From positions 4,018 through 68,017 of the forward strand of contig DAISXI010000001.1 of assembly GCA_036825935.1 (NCBI GenBank): a DNA stretch of 64,000 nt, read 5' to 3'. The notes under the pieces are model-generated. The model saw only the letters and a list, made by a program, of their open reading frames with translations, was not told where the DNA came from and made no database searches. Position numbers and translations under genes: made by a program. The stretch is from Hydrogenophaga sp. GTDB lineage: Bacteria > Pseudomonadota > Gammaproteobacteria > Burkholderiales > Burkholderiaceae_C. Below are positions 16,750 through 27,048 of this stretch, piece after piece (positions within the stretch are counted from its first letter, which is position 1; every line of letters begins with the position of its first letter).

Positions 16750-17904
16750 TCATGCCGGATCGGTCTGAACACGACCATCAGCGTCATAACGCATGTTGGC
16801 GGGCACTTTGGGCTGGGGCTTGACCACGCCGCCACGACCCGGTTGTGCGGCCTCGAGGTTGTAAACATAGGCAATGACCTGGGCCACCGCGTGGTAGAGC
16901 GCCTCGTTGATCGGAGCTTCCACCTCGGTCGTGTAATACAGGGCACGTGCCAAGGGGGGGGCCGAGAAAATGTGCACGCCATGCGCACCGCCCTCTTCCC
17001 GGATGCGCGCAGCCATCTCGTCCATCCCCTTGGCCACCACCACGGGCGGGCGATCCGAAGATGGGTCGTACTCCAAGGCCACGGCAAAGTGCTCGGGGTT
17101 GGTGATGATGACGTCGGCGTCTTTGACGCGTTGCATCATGCGGCCGTTGGCCATTTCACGTTGGCGTCGGCGAATTTGAGCCTTCACCTCGGGGCGGCCC
17201 TCGATGTCCTTCATCTCGTCCTTGACCTCTTGCTTGCTCATGCGCATGCGCTTGGTGAATTGGCTCTTTTGGATGGGCACATCAATGAAAGCAATGACAG
17301 CCAAGCTGAGCGAAATCCACAAAGCCGATTGGGCGATCAATTGGCCACCCACGGCGAGCGCGGGCTCCAAACCCATGCGCCCGAGCTGAAGCAAGGTGTC
17401 GAATTCGCTGGCGATGGACAACCACAAAACGCCCGCGACCAAGGTGAACTTCAACACGGCCTTGCCCAACTCCGTGGCGGCGTGGGTGCCGAACATGCGC
17501 TTGAAGCCTGCAATGAGGCTCAATTTGCTGCCCTTGGGCGCCACGGCCTTGAGCGAGAACAGATAGCCCCCTGTCATGCCAGCAGCAATCACAGCCAGCA
17601 CAGCGGTCAAGAGCAAGACGGGGGTGATCAGCAAAAAACTGTCCCAAATTTGATCGAAAAAAGCCGCGGGCAACAGCATAGGCTGATCGAGGGTCTTGCG
17701 GTCAAACACAAAACCTTTGGCAAAGTTTTCGGCCATGCGGGTCATCAACCAACCGCCTGTGGCCAACAACATCAAAAAGGCGCCAATCACAATGACGGCG
17801 GCCGGCAGTTCAATGGAACGGGCCACTTGACCGTCCTCGCGAGCCTTGCTGAGCTTCCTGGCGGTCGGTTCTTCGGTTTTTTCTTGTGCGCTGTCTTCGG
17901 CCAT
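16750..17904 (-). CDS. flhB: Export apparatus switch FlhB
   Basis: EKTEEPT.RKL..AREDGQ; NPEH autocleavage motif. Confidence 0.97.
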   Translation of the reverse strand: MAEDSAQEKTEEPTARKLSKAREDGQVARSIELPAAVIVIGAFLMLLATGGWLMTRMAENFAKGFVFDRKTLDQPMLLPAAFFDQIWDSFLLITPVLLLTAVLAVIAAGMTGGYLFSLKAVAPKGSKLSLIAGFKRMFGTHAATELGKAVLKFTLVAGVLWLSIASEFDTLLQLGRMGLEPALAVGGQLIAQSALWISLSLAVIAFIDVPIQKSQFTKRMRMSKQEVKDEMKDIEGRPEVKAQIRRRQREMANGRMMQRVKDADVIITNPEHFAVALEYDPSSDRPPVVVAKGMDEMAARIREEGGAHGVHIFSAPPLARALYYTTEVEAPINEALYHAVAQVIAYVYNLEAAQPGRGGVVKPQPKVPANMRYDADGRVQTDPA

Positions 17905-17905
17905 T

Positions 17906-18676
17906 TCAAGGCACCTTCAATACGTTGCGCACGACATCAAAGCCTTGCAGCCACAACCACTCGATGCGCCCACCGACACTTTCTAACGACAACATGAAAA
18001 TCAACAGACCCGCGACAATCATGGCGGGAAAGCCCACGGCAAAAATGTTCAAGCTCGGAGCCGCACGGGTGACCACACCCAAACCGATGTTGATGAACAG
18101 CAAAGTGACCATGACCGGCAAGGCCAACAACAAGCCACCCAAAAACATCATCGAGCTCCAACGGATGACCTGCGCGTAGGTGTCTTGGTTCAAGATGCTG
18201 GTGCCGATGGGCAGGCTGTAGAAGCTCTCCAAAATCAAACCGATCAACACGGCGTGACCGCCGGTTCCGACAAAAATCAGCGTCGACATGATGACCACGA
18301 ACTGCGAGAGCACCGGCGCGTTACCGATGTTGGGGTCGACCATGGTGGCCATCGACAAACCCATGGCGGCCGACAGGGCTTGACCAGCCAGCACCAACGC
18401 GGCGACCACGACTTGCATGATCAGTCCCATGCACACGCCGATGAAAATTTGGTTGAGCAGTTCCAGCAGCCCTTGGGCCGACGTGGGATCGATGCGCGGC
18501 CAGTCGTGCAAGGGGTAGACCATCCAGGTCAAAACCAGCGCCAACAACACACGGATACGCAGGTTCACCGAGGCGGTGGAGAACGGCGGTGTGGTCAACA
18601 GCATGGCCGAGATGCGCGTCATCGGCCACAAGAAGAGGTAAAACCGCTCGATGATGTCGGCGCTGAGCAGGTTCAT
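17906..18676 (-). CDS. fliR: FliR
   Basis: Hydrophobic; RAAPSLNIFAVGFP. Confidence 0.96.
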   Translation of the reverse strand: MNLLSADIIERFYLFLWPMTRISAMLLTTPPFSTASVNLRIRVLLALVLTWMVYPLHDWPRIDPTSAQGLLELLNQIFIGVCMGLIMQVVVAALVLAGQALSAAMGLSMATMVDPNIGNAPVLSQFVVIMSTLIFVGTGGHAVLIGLILESFYSLPIGTSILNQDTYAQVIRWSSMMFLGGLLLALPVMVTLLFINIGLGVVTRAAPSLNIFAVGFPAMIVAGLLIFMLSLESVGGRIEWLWLQGFDVVRNVLKVP

Positions 18677-18697
18677 GGCCCGGTTCCTGCCCGGCCT

Positions 18698-18967
18698 TTA
18701 ATTGAACAACGCGGGAATGCGCTGAAAAATCGAGCGGGTGAAATCCACCAAGGTAACCAACTGCCAGCTGCCAAAAACGAGCAAAGCAAAACCCAAGGCG
18801 ATGAGCTTGGGAATGAAGCTCAAGGTCATCTCGTTGATCGAGGTGGCGGCCTGGATGATACCGATGAACAAACCCACGGCCAGTGCCACACCCAGCAAGG
18901 GCGCGCTGACGATCATCGTGATCCACAAGGCCTGACGGGCCAAATCCACAACCATGGCGGTGTCCAT
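18698..18967 (-). CDS. fliQ: FliQ
   Basis: QAATSINEMTLSFIPK. Confidence 0.97.
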   Translation of the reverse strand: MDTAMVVDLARQALWITMIVSAPLLGVALAVGLFIGIIQAATSINEMTLSFIPKLIALGFALLVFGSWQLVTLVDFTRSIFQRIPALFN

Positions 18968-18977
18968 CGCGTACTCC

Positions 18978-19718
18978 TTAAGGCATCACAAAGCTGGACG
19001 CCATGGAACCCATGATCAGGGCCCAGCCGTCGACCAGCACAAACAGCATCAGCTTGAATGGCATGGAAATCATCATGGGCGAGAGCATCATCATGCCCAT
19101 GGACATCAACACGCTGGCGACGATCAAGTCGATCACCACGAAGGGGATGTAGATCAAAAAGCCAATGGTGAAGGCGCTCTTGAGCTCAGACGTCAAGAAC
19201 GCGGGCACCAAGGTGGTGAAAGGGACTTCGGCCGCGCTGTTAACGGGGGCATTGCGCGCAATTTCCATGAACAAGGCAATGTCGTCTTCGCGGGTCTGGT
19301 TGAGCATGAAGCCGCGGATCGGGGTCTCGGCCGCTGCCAAAGCCTTGTCAAATGGCATGTTGTTGTTCATGAACGGCAACAAGGCGTTGTTGTACACATC
19401 GGTCAACACGGGCGACATGATGAACAGGGTCATGAACAGCGCCAAGCCGACCAAGACCAGGTTGGGCGGTGTCTGGCCGGTGCCCAAGGCTTGGCGCAGG
19501 ATGGACAAGACGATGATGATGCGCACGAAAGAGGTCATCATCAGCAACAGCGAAGGCAACAACGTCAACGACGTCATCAAGGCCAACAACTGCAAGCTCA
19601 GGCTGTATTGAGAACCGCCGGGCGTGTTGGTGACGTTGATGGCGGGCATATCGGCCCCCATGGCCAATGCCGGTAGGCTCAAGGCCGCAATAGTCAACCA
19701 TTTTCCAAGGTGTTTCAT
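18978..19718 (-). CDS. fliP: FliP
   Basis: LRQALGTGQTPPN, PAFLTSELK, PFKLMLFVLVDGW. Confidence 0.97.
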   Translation of the reverse strand: MKHLGKWLTIAALSLPALAMGADMPAINVTNTPGGSQYSLSLQLLALMTSLTLLPSLLLMMTSFVRIIIVLSILRQALGTGQTPPNLVLVGLALFMTLFIMSPVLTDVYNNALLPFMNNNMPFDKALAAAETPIRGFMLNQTREDDIALFMEIARNAPVNSAAEVPFTTLVPAFLTSELKSAFTIGFLIYIPFVVIDLIVASVLMSMGMMMLSPMMISMPFKLMLFVLVDGWALIMGSMASSFVMP

Positions 19719-20041
19719 GTTTTTTTCGGGTTGGCGGTGGCCATAGGGGTGGCTAAGTCGCTGGGCCGATCGTTGGCATCCCACTGCCCCAACACCGAAA
19801 TGTCGGTGGCGGTGACGCCGAGCAAAAATTCACGGTCGTCCACTCGGGTGATGACGACCTTTTGCCTGGCACCCAAACCCAAAGTTTCCATCACCTGCAT
19901 GCGGCGGGCGCTGCGACCAAAACCTTGGCCTTGTTGCATTTTTTTCAAAAAATGCAAAAGCACCAGCAACAACACCACCACCAAGCCAAAGCTCAGCAGC
20001 ATCTGCAAGGCGTCGGTCCAACCGAGCTGGGTGGCGTTCAT
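19715..20041 (-). CDS. fliO: FliO
   Basis: TM then LGARQKVVI...FLLGVT; between fliN and fliP. Confidence 0.9.
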   Translation of the reverse strand: MNATQLGWTDALQMLLSFGLVVVLLLVLLHFLKKMQQGQGFGRSARRMQVMETLGLGARQKVVITRVDDREFLLGVTATDISVLGQWDANDRPSDLATPMATANPKKT

Positions 20042-20053
20042 GGGCTGCGTGAC

Positions 20054-20356
20054 TTAGAGGTTTTCGAGTCGCTCGGTGGCGGGCACCACTCGGGTCAGGC
20101 GGATGCCGTAACGTTCGTTGACCAACACCACTTCGCCTTGGGCAACGACAGTGTTGTTGATCAAGACGTCCAAGGGCTCTCCAGCAATGCGGTCAAGTTC
20201 GACCACGCTGCCTTGGGTCAAGCGCATCAGGTCGCGGATTTTGATGGTCGCGCGGCCAACCTCAATGGACAAGGTCACCGGGATGTTTTGCAACACATCG
20301 GGGTGAATTTGTTCTTTGTCGACCAGGGTGTTGTCGGCGGTGGGGTTATCGCTCAT
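20054..20356 (-). CDS. fliN: Switch protein FliN
   Basis: IPVTLSIEVG...GSVVELDRIAGEPLD...GEVVLVNERYGIR. Confidence 0.97.
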   Translation of the reverse strand: MSDNPTADNTLVDKEQIHPDVLQNIPVTLSIEVGRATIKIRDLMRLTQGSVVELDRIAGEPLDVLINNTVVAQGEVVLVNERYGIRLTRVVPATERLENL

Positions 20357-20373
20357 GGCTGTTTCCTTGACTT

Positions 20374-21372
20374 TTATTCGGACAGGGGTTTGAGGGCGCG
20401 CACCACTTTGGCGGCGAGTTGGGAGCCCATGGTGCCCACTTCCAGATCAAAAACGGGGGTGTCTTCAATCAGGCCTCGGGCGAAATCGCCCTTTTTGAAA
20501 TACAAAACATCGCCCGCTTGCATGGTCTGGACGGTGTGCAAAGAGGCTTGCAACTTGCCCAAGAGCACGTGCAGCTCCAAAGGAGCGTCGTTGACTGCGT
20601 CTTCGAGCTGCTTGTGCCAAACGCGGTCGGACGCTTCGTTGCCATCGCCCGACTGTACGCGGCTGCGCAGCAAGTCGCGTACAGGCTTGAGCGCCACGTA
20701 AGGAATGACGATGTCGAGAAAACCACCCGATTGCTGTGAACCGAGTTCGGCTTCGAATCGGCTGAGCACGACCATGTCATTTTCATCGGCGATTTGGGCA
20801 AATTGGGGGTTGATTTCCGAGCTCACATGCTCGAAATCGATGCTGGTGATGGGGCCCCAAGCCTCGCGCATGGAGCGAAAAAACACCTGCAAAATCAATT
20901 TGATGATGCGCGTCTCGGTGGGTGTGAACAAACGGCCCGGCGCGAGTTGGTCGACACCTTTACCAAAACCACCAAAAAAACTGTCCAGCGAACTGAACAC
21001 CAACATGGGCTCAATCACCACCATCGCATGTCCACGCAAAGGGGCCATGCGAACGGTGTTGACCGACAAAGGGGCTTTGAGGCCTTGGAGGTAATCGCCA
21101 AAGCGCACAATCTGAACTCGCGAAGGGTTGATGCGGGGGCTGGTGCGCAGCACCTCCAACATGCCCAAGCGAAATTGACGAATGAAACGCTCGTTGATCA
21201 TGTCCAAGGACATGACGTTGACGCCCAAGCTGCTGTCCTCGGCGGCCAAGTCGTGCTTTTTGGCCGGTGCTCCCATGTTGAAGCCGCTGTCGATCGCGAT
21301 GGCGCCACTGCCGACACCGTCGACCAAGGCGGCGAGTTCTTCGCTAGACAAGAGGTTTTGGTTATCGGCCAT
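20374..21372 (-). CDS. fliM: Switch protein FliM
   Basis: LDMINERFIR, FFGGFG, FTPTETRI, SEINPQFAQI, SpoA C-terminus. Confidence 0.95.
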   Translation of the reverse strand: MADNQNLLSSEELAALVDGVGSGAIAIDSGFNMGAPAKKHDLAAEDSSLGVNVMSLDMINERFIRQFRLGMLEVLRTSPRINPSRVQIVRFGDYLQGLKAPLSVNTVRMAPLRGHAMVVIEPMLVFSSLDSFFGGFGKGVDQLAPGRLFTPTETRIIKLILQVFFRSMREAWGPITSIDFEHVSSEINPQFAQIADENDMVVLSRFEAELGSQQSGGFLDIVIPYVALKPVRDLLRSRVQSGDGNEASDRVWHKQLEDAVNDAPLELHVLLGKLQASLHTVQTMQAGDVLYFKKGDFARGLIEDTPVFDLEVGTMGSQLAAKVVRALKPLSE

Positions 21373-21393
21373 GCGACGAATCTCGTTGGGGCG

Positions 21394-22002
21394 TTACTGA
21401 ACCACGAAGGTCGTGAAATAGACTTCTTCGATACCGCCGAAATCCTCGTACTTCTCCAACACAGCGTTCATTTCGGTGCGGATTTTTTCAGCCAAATCTT
21501 TGCGGAACGTGGGTGTCTCCAGTTGCTGATCGGTGACTTGTCGCAGCACGTCCAAGGTGGCTGAGCGCAAGGCAAATTCGTGTTTTTCCACATTTTTGAA
21601 CACGCGGTCATCGTAGGTGGTCATGACGGCGATCTGAACCTGAATCACCTTGCGGGAATTGGTGAGGTTGGCCAAGTATTCACGCTCGATCTCTTTGTAT
21701 GTCTGTACAAAGCGGGTCAGCTCTGGCGAATCTTTTTTCACTCGAGCAGCTTCCGAGCCTGGCGCTGGCGGTGCATTGGGGTCGGCTGGCGCGGCCGCGG
21801 CTTTCTCGGCGGCGGCTTTTTCCTCCAAGGTGGTCAATTGCTCTTCGGCAGACTTTTCGTCCTTGGCGTCGAATGCGCCCGCAAAGAACAAGGTTCCCAC
21901 GATGGTGCCGGCGAGCAAAATCAGCACCAACAGCACGATCACGATGATCTTGACGATGGGGGACTTCTTTTTGCCTTCGACTTCGGTATCTTCATCAGCC
22001 AT
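21394..22002 (-). CDS. fliL: FliL
   Basis: N-terminal TM; ANL...IQVQI; IEEVYFTTFVVQ. Confidence 0.93.
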   Translation of the reverse strand: MADEDTEVEGKKKSPIVKIIVIVLLVLILLAGTIVGTLFFAGAFDAKDEKSAEEQLTTLEEKAAAEKAAAAPADPNAPPAPGSEAARVKKDSPELTRFVQTYKEIEREYLANLTNSRKVIQVQIAVMTTYDDRVFKNVEKHEFALRSATLDVLRQVTDQQLETPTFRKDLAEKIRTEMNAVLEKYEDFGGIEEVYFTTFVVQ

Positions 22003-22024
22003 TGCTACACCTCTTGTTCACGAT

Positions 22025-23476
22025 TTAAACCCAAATATCCCATCCATCTGATCCCTGAGACCGCCCTTGTGGCGTGGGAGCATCTGGTTGTCCTTCTTCA
22101 CCCGAATCTGGAGACCCATTGCGGTCTGACTCCAGGGCTTGGGGTGTCGGTTGGCCGCCGTTTTTCGACGCGCCACCCGATCCAATGTTCAATGAAGCAA
22201 CATCCATGCCCAATTGTTGCAGCATTTCCCGAAGCTTCGGCAAAGCCTCTTGCAAAAGATCCCGCGTCGCCGGGTTCAGAGCCCCGAAAGTGGCCTCCAA
22301 CTCCCCGCCTCGCATTTGCATGTCAATTTCCACCCGCCCCAGGTGTTGAGGGTTCAAAGCAAAGCGGAGTTGCCATTGTCCTCGCTGCGCCTGCGCCACC
22401 ATGCGCTGGGCCAGCATTTCACCGATCCGCATGGCCAAAGCCACCCGTTCTTCGGCTCTGAGGGCCTTGAGGTCCGCATCGGGGGCCAGTTCTGAGATCA
22501 GGGCGCTCAGGTCCAAGTCCAACTCCACACGGCCATCCTCTGCGGTGGCCAAAGCCTGGTCCGCTGCCTCTGCGCTGGGCGACTTGGGCAGCAGGAGGTC
22601 GGTGATGCGCTTGGCGGGCAATAGGCTCAGCGCAGCGCGCTCCAAAGCCAGTCGATCGGGGAAGTCCAAAGCCTCAAGCGCATCGGCATCGACCACTGGT
22701 GGGTGAACCCCTGCGTGGCGTTGACTACCCGCGATCCAGGCGGCCGCAGGCAACACCCCCGCCTTCAACATGGCCGCGCCATCCGCTTTGAATTCGTCAC
22801 CAAACAAGCGCTGAAGCGCCGCATCGTCCAGTCCTTGACCTTGGGCAAAAGACATCAAACTGCCCCCATCCGCCTCCGGACTGGGCACCGTTGGTGTGAT
22901 CAGTTGCATGCGTCCCTCCGACAGCCACGTGCTTTTGAGGTCCAACCCGTTGGAGCTCAGGGGCATTTCGGGAATCGAGGTATCCGTTACCCAGCCAGAA
23001 GCGCTCCCGTCGCTGGACAAATTGACCGCCGGTGGGGACATCTGACCCTCAGGCAGCCACGTGCTTTTGAGGTCCAGCGCGATGGGGCTCTGGGACATTT
23101 CGGGAATCGAGGTATCCGTTACCCAACCAGACGCGCTCCCGCCGCTGGACAAATTGACCGCTGGTGTGGGGCTGAGCAATGGTGTGGCCGATGCCGGCGG
23201 CGTTTGCGCCGTGGGCATCCAAGCGGGAACCATCAACTCCAGCGGGGCGGTTTGTGGGGAGTTGGCGCCGTCGATTCCTGTCATGGACGGGAGTTCGGTG
23301 GCGGCAAGGCTTTGCCCGGGTGTGCCTTGGGTCAGGGGGGGTGACATCTGGGCGAACACCGCGGCAAAACCCGATCCTAAGGTCTCGTCTGCGGGCTCAG
23401 CATCGCCCAAAACGCCCGATTCTCCTGGGGGCACAGGCGTGTTGGGCTGCAAAACCGATAAAACATCAAGCTTCAT
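22025..23476 (-). CDS. fliK: Hook-length control protein FliK
   Basis: LNPQHLGRVEIDM...TRDLLQEALPKLREMLQQLG; Pro/Ser-rich N-terminus. Confidence 0.88.
   Translation of the reverse strand: MKLDVLSVLQPNTPVPPGESGVLGDAEPADETLGSGFAAVFAQMSPPLTQGTPGQSLAATELPSMTGIDGANSPQTAPLELMVPAWMPTAQTPPASATPLLSPTPAVNLSSGGSASGWVTDTSIPEMSQSPIALDLKSTWLPEGQMSPPAVNLSSDGSASGWVTDTSIPEMPLSSNGLDLKSTWLSEGRMQLITPTVPSPEADGGSLMSFAQGQGLDDAALQRLFGDEFKADGAAMLKAGVLPAAAWIAGSQRHAGVHPPVVDADALEALDFPDRLALERAALSLLPAKRITDLLLPKSPSAEAADQALATAEDGRVELDLDLSALISELAPDADLKALRAEERVALAMRIGEMLAQRMVAQAQRGQWQLRFALNPQHLGRVEIDMQMRGGELEATFGALNPATRDLLQEALPKLREMLQQLGMDVASLNIGSGGASKNGGQPTPQALESDRNGSPDSGEEGQPDAPTPQGRSQGSDGWDIWV
22913..23166 (-). repeat. 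Tandem 132-bp (44-codon) duplication inside fliK
   Basis: cagccacgtgcttttgaggtcca at 22922 and 23054; PAVNLSS(G/D)GSASGWVTDTSIPEM...LDLKSTWL.EG twice. Confidence 0.93.
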
Positions 23477-23590
23477 GTGTGTAACCGGGCGCCCTGTTGT
23501 GCGAACGACCGCCAGCGCCTCGGTCCACCCATCTAGCAAGAAGCATGACCGGCAGGACCTTGCCGCTTCGGCGGGTGGTGTCGAACCGGG

Positions 23591-23606
23591 TGGCACGGGT
23601 ATTGCA
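23591..23606 (+). promoter_or_regulatory. sigma54 promoter of flhA-flhF-fleN-fliA
   Basis: TGGCACGGGTATTGCA, perfect consensus. Confidence 0.9.
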
Positions 23607-23656
23607 TGAAGGATTCGAAACCGGGCACGACGCTCGGTCATTCAGACACAAAGACC

Positions 23657-25753
23657 ATGATCAACAACAGCCTGTCAATCCTTCGACAGAACATCGGCCG
23701 GTTCGATCCGGCCGGCTTGGCCATACCCGGCTTGGTGCTGCTCATCATGGCCATGATGGTCTTGCCATTGCCTCCGCTGCTGCTCGACCTGCTGTTCACC
23801 TTCAACATCGTGGTGGCCTTGGTGATCATCATGATCGCCATCAGCACCAGAAAGCCACTGGAGTTTTCCGCCTTCCCCGCCATCCTCTTGTTCGCCACCA
23901 TGCTGCGCTTGGCTCTTAACGTGGCGTCCACCCGGGTGATTTTGGTCGATGGCCACACCGGTCCGGACGCCGCAGGCCAAGTGATCGCCGCTTTTGGTGA
24001 GTTTGTGATCGCGGGCAATTACTTGGTGGGTTTCATCATTTTTGTGATCTTGATGATCGTGAACTTCTTTGTGGTGACCAAGGGTGCTGGCCGCGTCTCG
24101 GAAGTGAACGCCCGTTTCACCTTGGACGCCATGCCGGGCAAACAAATGTCGATCGACGCCGACCTCAACGCCGGCGTGATCGACCAAGAAACCGCCAAAA
24201 AACGCCGCGAGGAGCTGTCCCAAGAAGCCGATTTCTTCGGCTCCATGGACGGTGCGTCCAAATTCGTCAGCGGCGACGCGCTGGCTGGCTTGCTGATTCT
24301 GATCATCAACATCGTGGGTGGCTTGGCCATCGGCCTATTCACGCACGACATGCCTTTGAGCGAGGTGACCCGCATCTATGTGTTGCTGACCATCGGTGAT
24401 GGTCTGGTGGCCCAGATCCCTGCCCTCTTCTTGTCGCTGGCCACCGCCATCATCGTGACGCGCGTGACCACCTCCGAGTCGATGACCGAGCAGGCGACCA
24501 GCCAACTGGCCAACCCTTCGGCCTTGTTCATCTCGGCGGGTATCTTGGCCTTGCTGGGCGTGGTTCCTGGCATGCCCCATTTCATCTTTTTGCTCTTGGC
24601 CTTCGCCACGGCCGGTATCGGCTTCATGGCCCTGCGCAGACAAATTCAACAAGACAACCCAGCCCCCGTCGCGGCCTCTGCAACCGACGCGCCCAAAGAG
24701 CTCGACTGGGACGACGTGGAGCAAGTCGACCTGATCGGCATGGAAATCGGCTATGGCCTCATCCCCTTGGTCAACCCTGAGACCGGTGGTCAGCTGATGA
24801 ACCGCGTCAAAGGCGTGCGCAAAAAACTCTCCGCCGAATTGGGCTTCTTGGTCCAAGCCGTGCGCATCCGCGACGCCTTGAGCCTCAACCCCGACACCTA
24901 CCACATCGTGCTCAACGGCACGGTGCGCGGCAAAGGCGACATCATGGTGGGCCGCGAATTGGCGATCAACCCCGGCAAGGTCTATGGCACGCTCGAAGGC
25001 ATCAAGACCAAAGAACCCGCGTTTGGCCTAGAAGCTGTGTGGATCGACCCCTCGCAACGCGATTACGCCCGAACGCTGGGCTACACCGTGGTGGACCCCA
25101 GCACGGCCATCGCCACCCACCTGAACAAAGTGTTGCGCGAGAACGCCTCTGAGCTGCTCAGCCACGATGAAGCGCAAAAATTGCTCGACAAAGTGGCCGC
25201 CAAATCGCCCAAGCTGGTCGAAGAATTGGTGCCCGGCAAGCTGTCTTTGGGCGTGGTCACCCGCACCTTGCAAAACCTGCTGAGCGAAAACGTGCCGATC
25301 CGCGACATGCGCTCCGTCGTCGAGGCCTTGACCGAAGCCAGCGTGCGCACCCAAGACCCGGATCAATTGACCGCTTTGGTGCGCCCCAAGCTGGGCCGCA
25401 TGATCGTACAAAACCTGCTTGAAAACCGCGAAACGCTCAACGTCATGACACTGGACCCGGGTTTGGAGCAGTTGCTGCACACCGTGATTCAGCAAAACAA
25501 CGGCTCCAATGGGGTCGTGCTCGAACCCGGTTTGGCCGAACGCCTCTTCAACGCCTTGCGAGAAAGTGCCCGCACGGTCGAAAACGACGGCTTCCCCGCC
25601 GTGTTGGTGGTCGCCCCGGCCATTCGCACCTGGATGGCCAAGGCCGTGCGCCACCGCGTGGCCGACATGACCGTGCTGTCTTACAGCGAAATTCCCGATG
25701 AGCAGGCCGTCAAGGTGATCAACACCGTTGTTGCCGAAAAACCCATTCAATAA
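23657..25753 (+). CDS. flhA: FlhA
   Basis: RVSEVNARFTLDAMPGKQMSIDADL, FFGSMDGASKFV; start placed downstream of the promoter. Confidence 0.97.
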   Translation: MINNSLSILRQNIGRFDPAGLAIPGLVLLIMAMMVLPLPPLLLDLLFTFNIVVALVIIMIAISTRKPLEFSAFPAILLFATMLRLALNVASTRVILVDGHTGPDAAGQVIAAFGEFVIAGNYLVGFIIFVILMIVNFFVVTKGAGRVSEVNARFTLDAMPGKQMSIDADLNAGVIDQETAKKRREELSQEADFFGSMDGASKFVSGDALAGLLILIINIVGGLAIGLFTHDMPLSEVTRIYVLLTIGDGLVAQIPALFLSLATAIIVTRVTTSESMTEQATSQLANPSALFISAGILALLGVVPGMPHFIFLLLAFATAGIGFMALRRQIQQDNPAPVAASATDAPKELDWDDVEQVDLIGMEIGYGLIPLVNPETGGQLMNRVKGVRKKLSAELGFLVQAVRIRDALSLNPDTYHIVLNGTVRGKGDIMVGRELAINPGKVYGTLEGIKTKEPAFGLEAVWIDPSQRDYARTLGYTVVDPSTAIATHLNKVLRENASELLSHDEAQKLLDKVAAKSPKLVEELVPGKLSLGVVTRTLQNLLSENVPIRDMRSVVEALTEASVRTQDPDQLTALVRPKLGRMIVQNLLENRETLNVMTLDPGLEQLLHTVIQQNNGSNGVVLEPGLAERLFNALRESARTVENDGFPAVLVVAPAIRTWMAKAVRHRVADMTVLSYSEIPDEQAVKVINTVVAEKPIQ

Positions 25754-25770
25754 GACCAAGAGCCCAAGCC

Positions 25771-27048
25771 ATGGAACTCAAACGCATCCTCGCCCGCGAC
25801 GCCCGGACCGCCCACGACAAGGCCATCGCCTTGTACGGCCGCGACGCTTTGGTCATCTCATCTTCTCAAGTCAATGGTCAAACCGAGCTGATCGTCGCCG
25901 CCGACGTCACTGGCGAGCGCAACGACTTGTTGGGCAGCCCCCTGGCGCAAGACATCCGCCTTCATGGCGCTGAGAGCGCTTCGGCCCAACGTGCAGCTCC
26001 CATGCCCTTCAAGACCTTTGATGACGCGATGCAAGACACCCTGAGCGGTCGCATTGAGCCCGAGATGGTGGTGCCACCGGTCAGCGCCCAAGAGTTCAGT
26101 GCCGACCAGCAGCAGCTTCGTGGCAAAGAAATCGTTGACTTGGTGCGGCAGGAAATCCAAATGCTGCGCCAAGAATTCCAACGCACCCAGCAATTACAAG
26201 CATGGCAAACCCAGTTGGGGCTGCCCCCTGGCATGCAGGCCTTGGCCCAAGCCATGCAAGACGCCGGTGTGCCCGCACGCTTGCGCGCCCTGCTCGCCGA
26301 CGCCCTGCGCCACTGCGAAAACCCCACGCAAGGCGTGGGCTTGATCAGAGACACCTTGGTCAGCAATTTGCCCGCCGCCCAAACCGCCCCCGACTGGCGC
26401 GGCGTGCACGCCTTGTGTGGCCCCAGCGGTGTGGGCAAATCGCTGATGTGCGCTCGCTTGGCTCGACAAACCGCTCAAACGCTTCACAGCGAACGCGTGG
26501 CCTTGGTCAGCTTCAGTGACACCCGTGCCGGAGCCTGGAGTCAGCTGCAGCTGCTGGCCACTCAGGCCGGCGTGGACGCTTACCGCGCCAAAGACATGGC
26601 CACGCTGGAGCTGTTGCTCGAAGAACTCAAGGACCACGACAGCATCATCATCGACACACCCGGACTGGACTTCACCACACACGCTCAAGCCTTAGCCCAA
26701 GAGCTCGGCGACATTCACGTTCACGCCGTGCTGCACGCCGATGCTTCAGCCAGCCTCTTGCAACGCCTGGACAAGGTGCCAGCGAACACGTGGAGCAGCT
26801 TGATCTTGACCAAGCTCGACGAATCCAACCAAGCATGGCCTTTGTTGCAACGCTTGACCGACCCCCACCCACTGCCCATCAGCTGGGTCGGCCATGGCGA
26901 CAAACTGTCATCGAAAGCCAACGCTTTTGACCCGGCCGAACTGGTAGAGTTGGCGCTCGTACCTTTGCAAGACACCTTGGCACCTGCCACCACCCCCGAT
27001 GCCTTGTTCGCCTTGAGCAAAGCCAATCACAAAGTTTGGTATGGATAA
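25771..27048 (+). CDS. flhF: SRP-type GTPase FlhF
   Basis: GPSGVGKS, IIDTPG, TKLDE. Confidence 0.9.
   Translation: MELKRILARDARTAHDKAIALYGRDALVISSSQVNGQTELIVAADVTGERNDLLGSPLAQDIRLHGAESASAQRAAPMPFKTFDDAMQDTLSGRIEPEMVVPPVSAQEFSADQQQLRGKEIVDLVRQEIQMLRQEFQRTQQLQAWQTQLGLPPGMQALAQAMQDAGVPARLRALLADALRHCENPTQGVGLIRDTLVSNLPAAQTAPDWRGVHALCGPSGVGKSLMCARLARQTAQTLHSERVALVSFSDTRAGAWSQLQLLATQAGVDAYRAKDMATLELLLEELKDHDSIIIDTPGLDFTTHAQALAQELGDIHVHAVLHADASASLLQRLDKVPANTWSSLILTKLDESNQAWPLLQRLTDPHPLPISWVGHGDKLSSKANAFDPAELVELALVPLQDTLAPATTPDALFALSKANHKVWYG

Noticed and set aside
12544..17997. Long antisense ORFs (e.g. 12544-13536 -, 16744-17997 +) and similar ones throughout the window
   Set aside because: Stop-poor shadows of high-GC genes with no motifs
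23535..23550. Possible sigma54 promoter for fliK (minus GGTCATGCTTCTTGCT)
   Set aside because: The conserved -24 GG reads GT at the correct spacing; plausible but not supportable without TSS data
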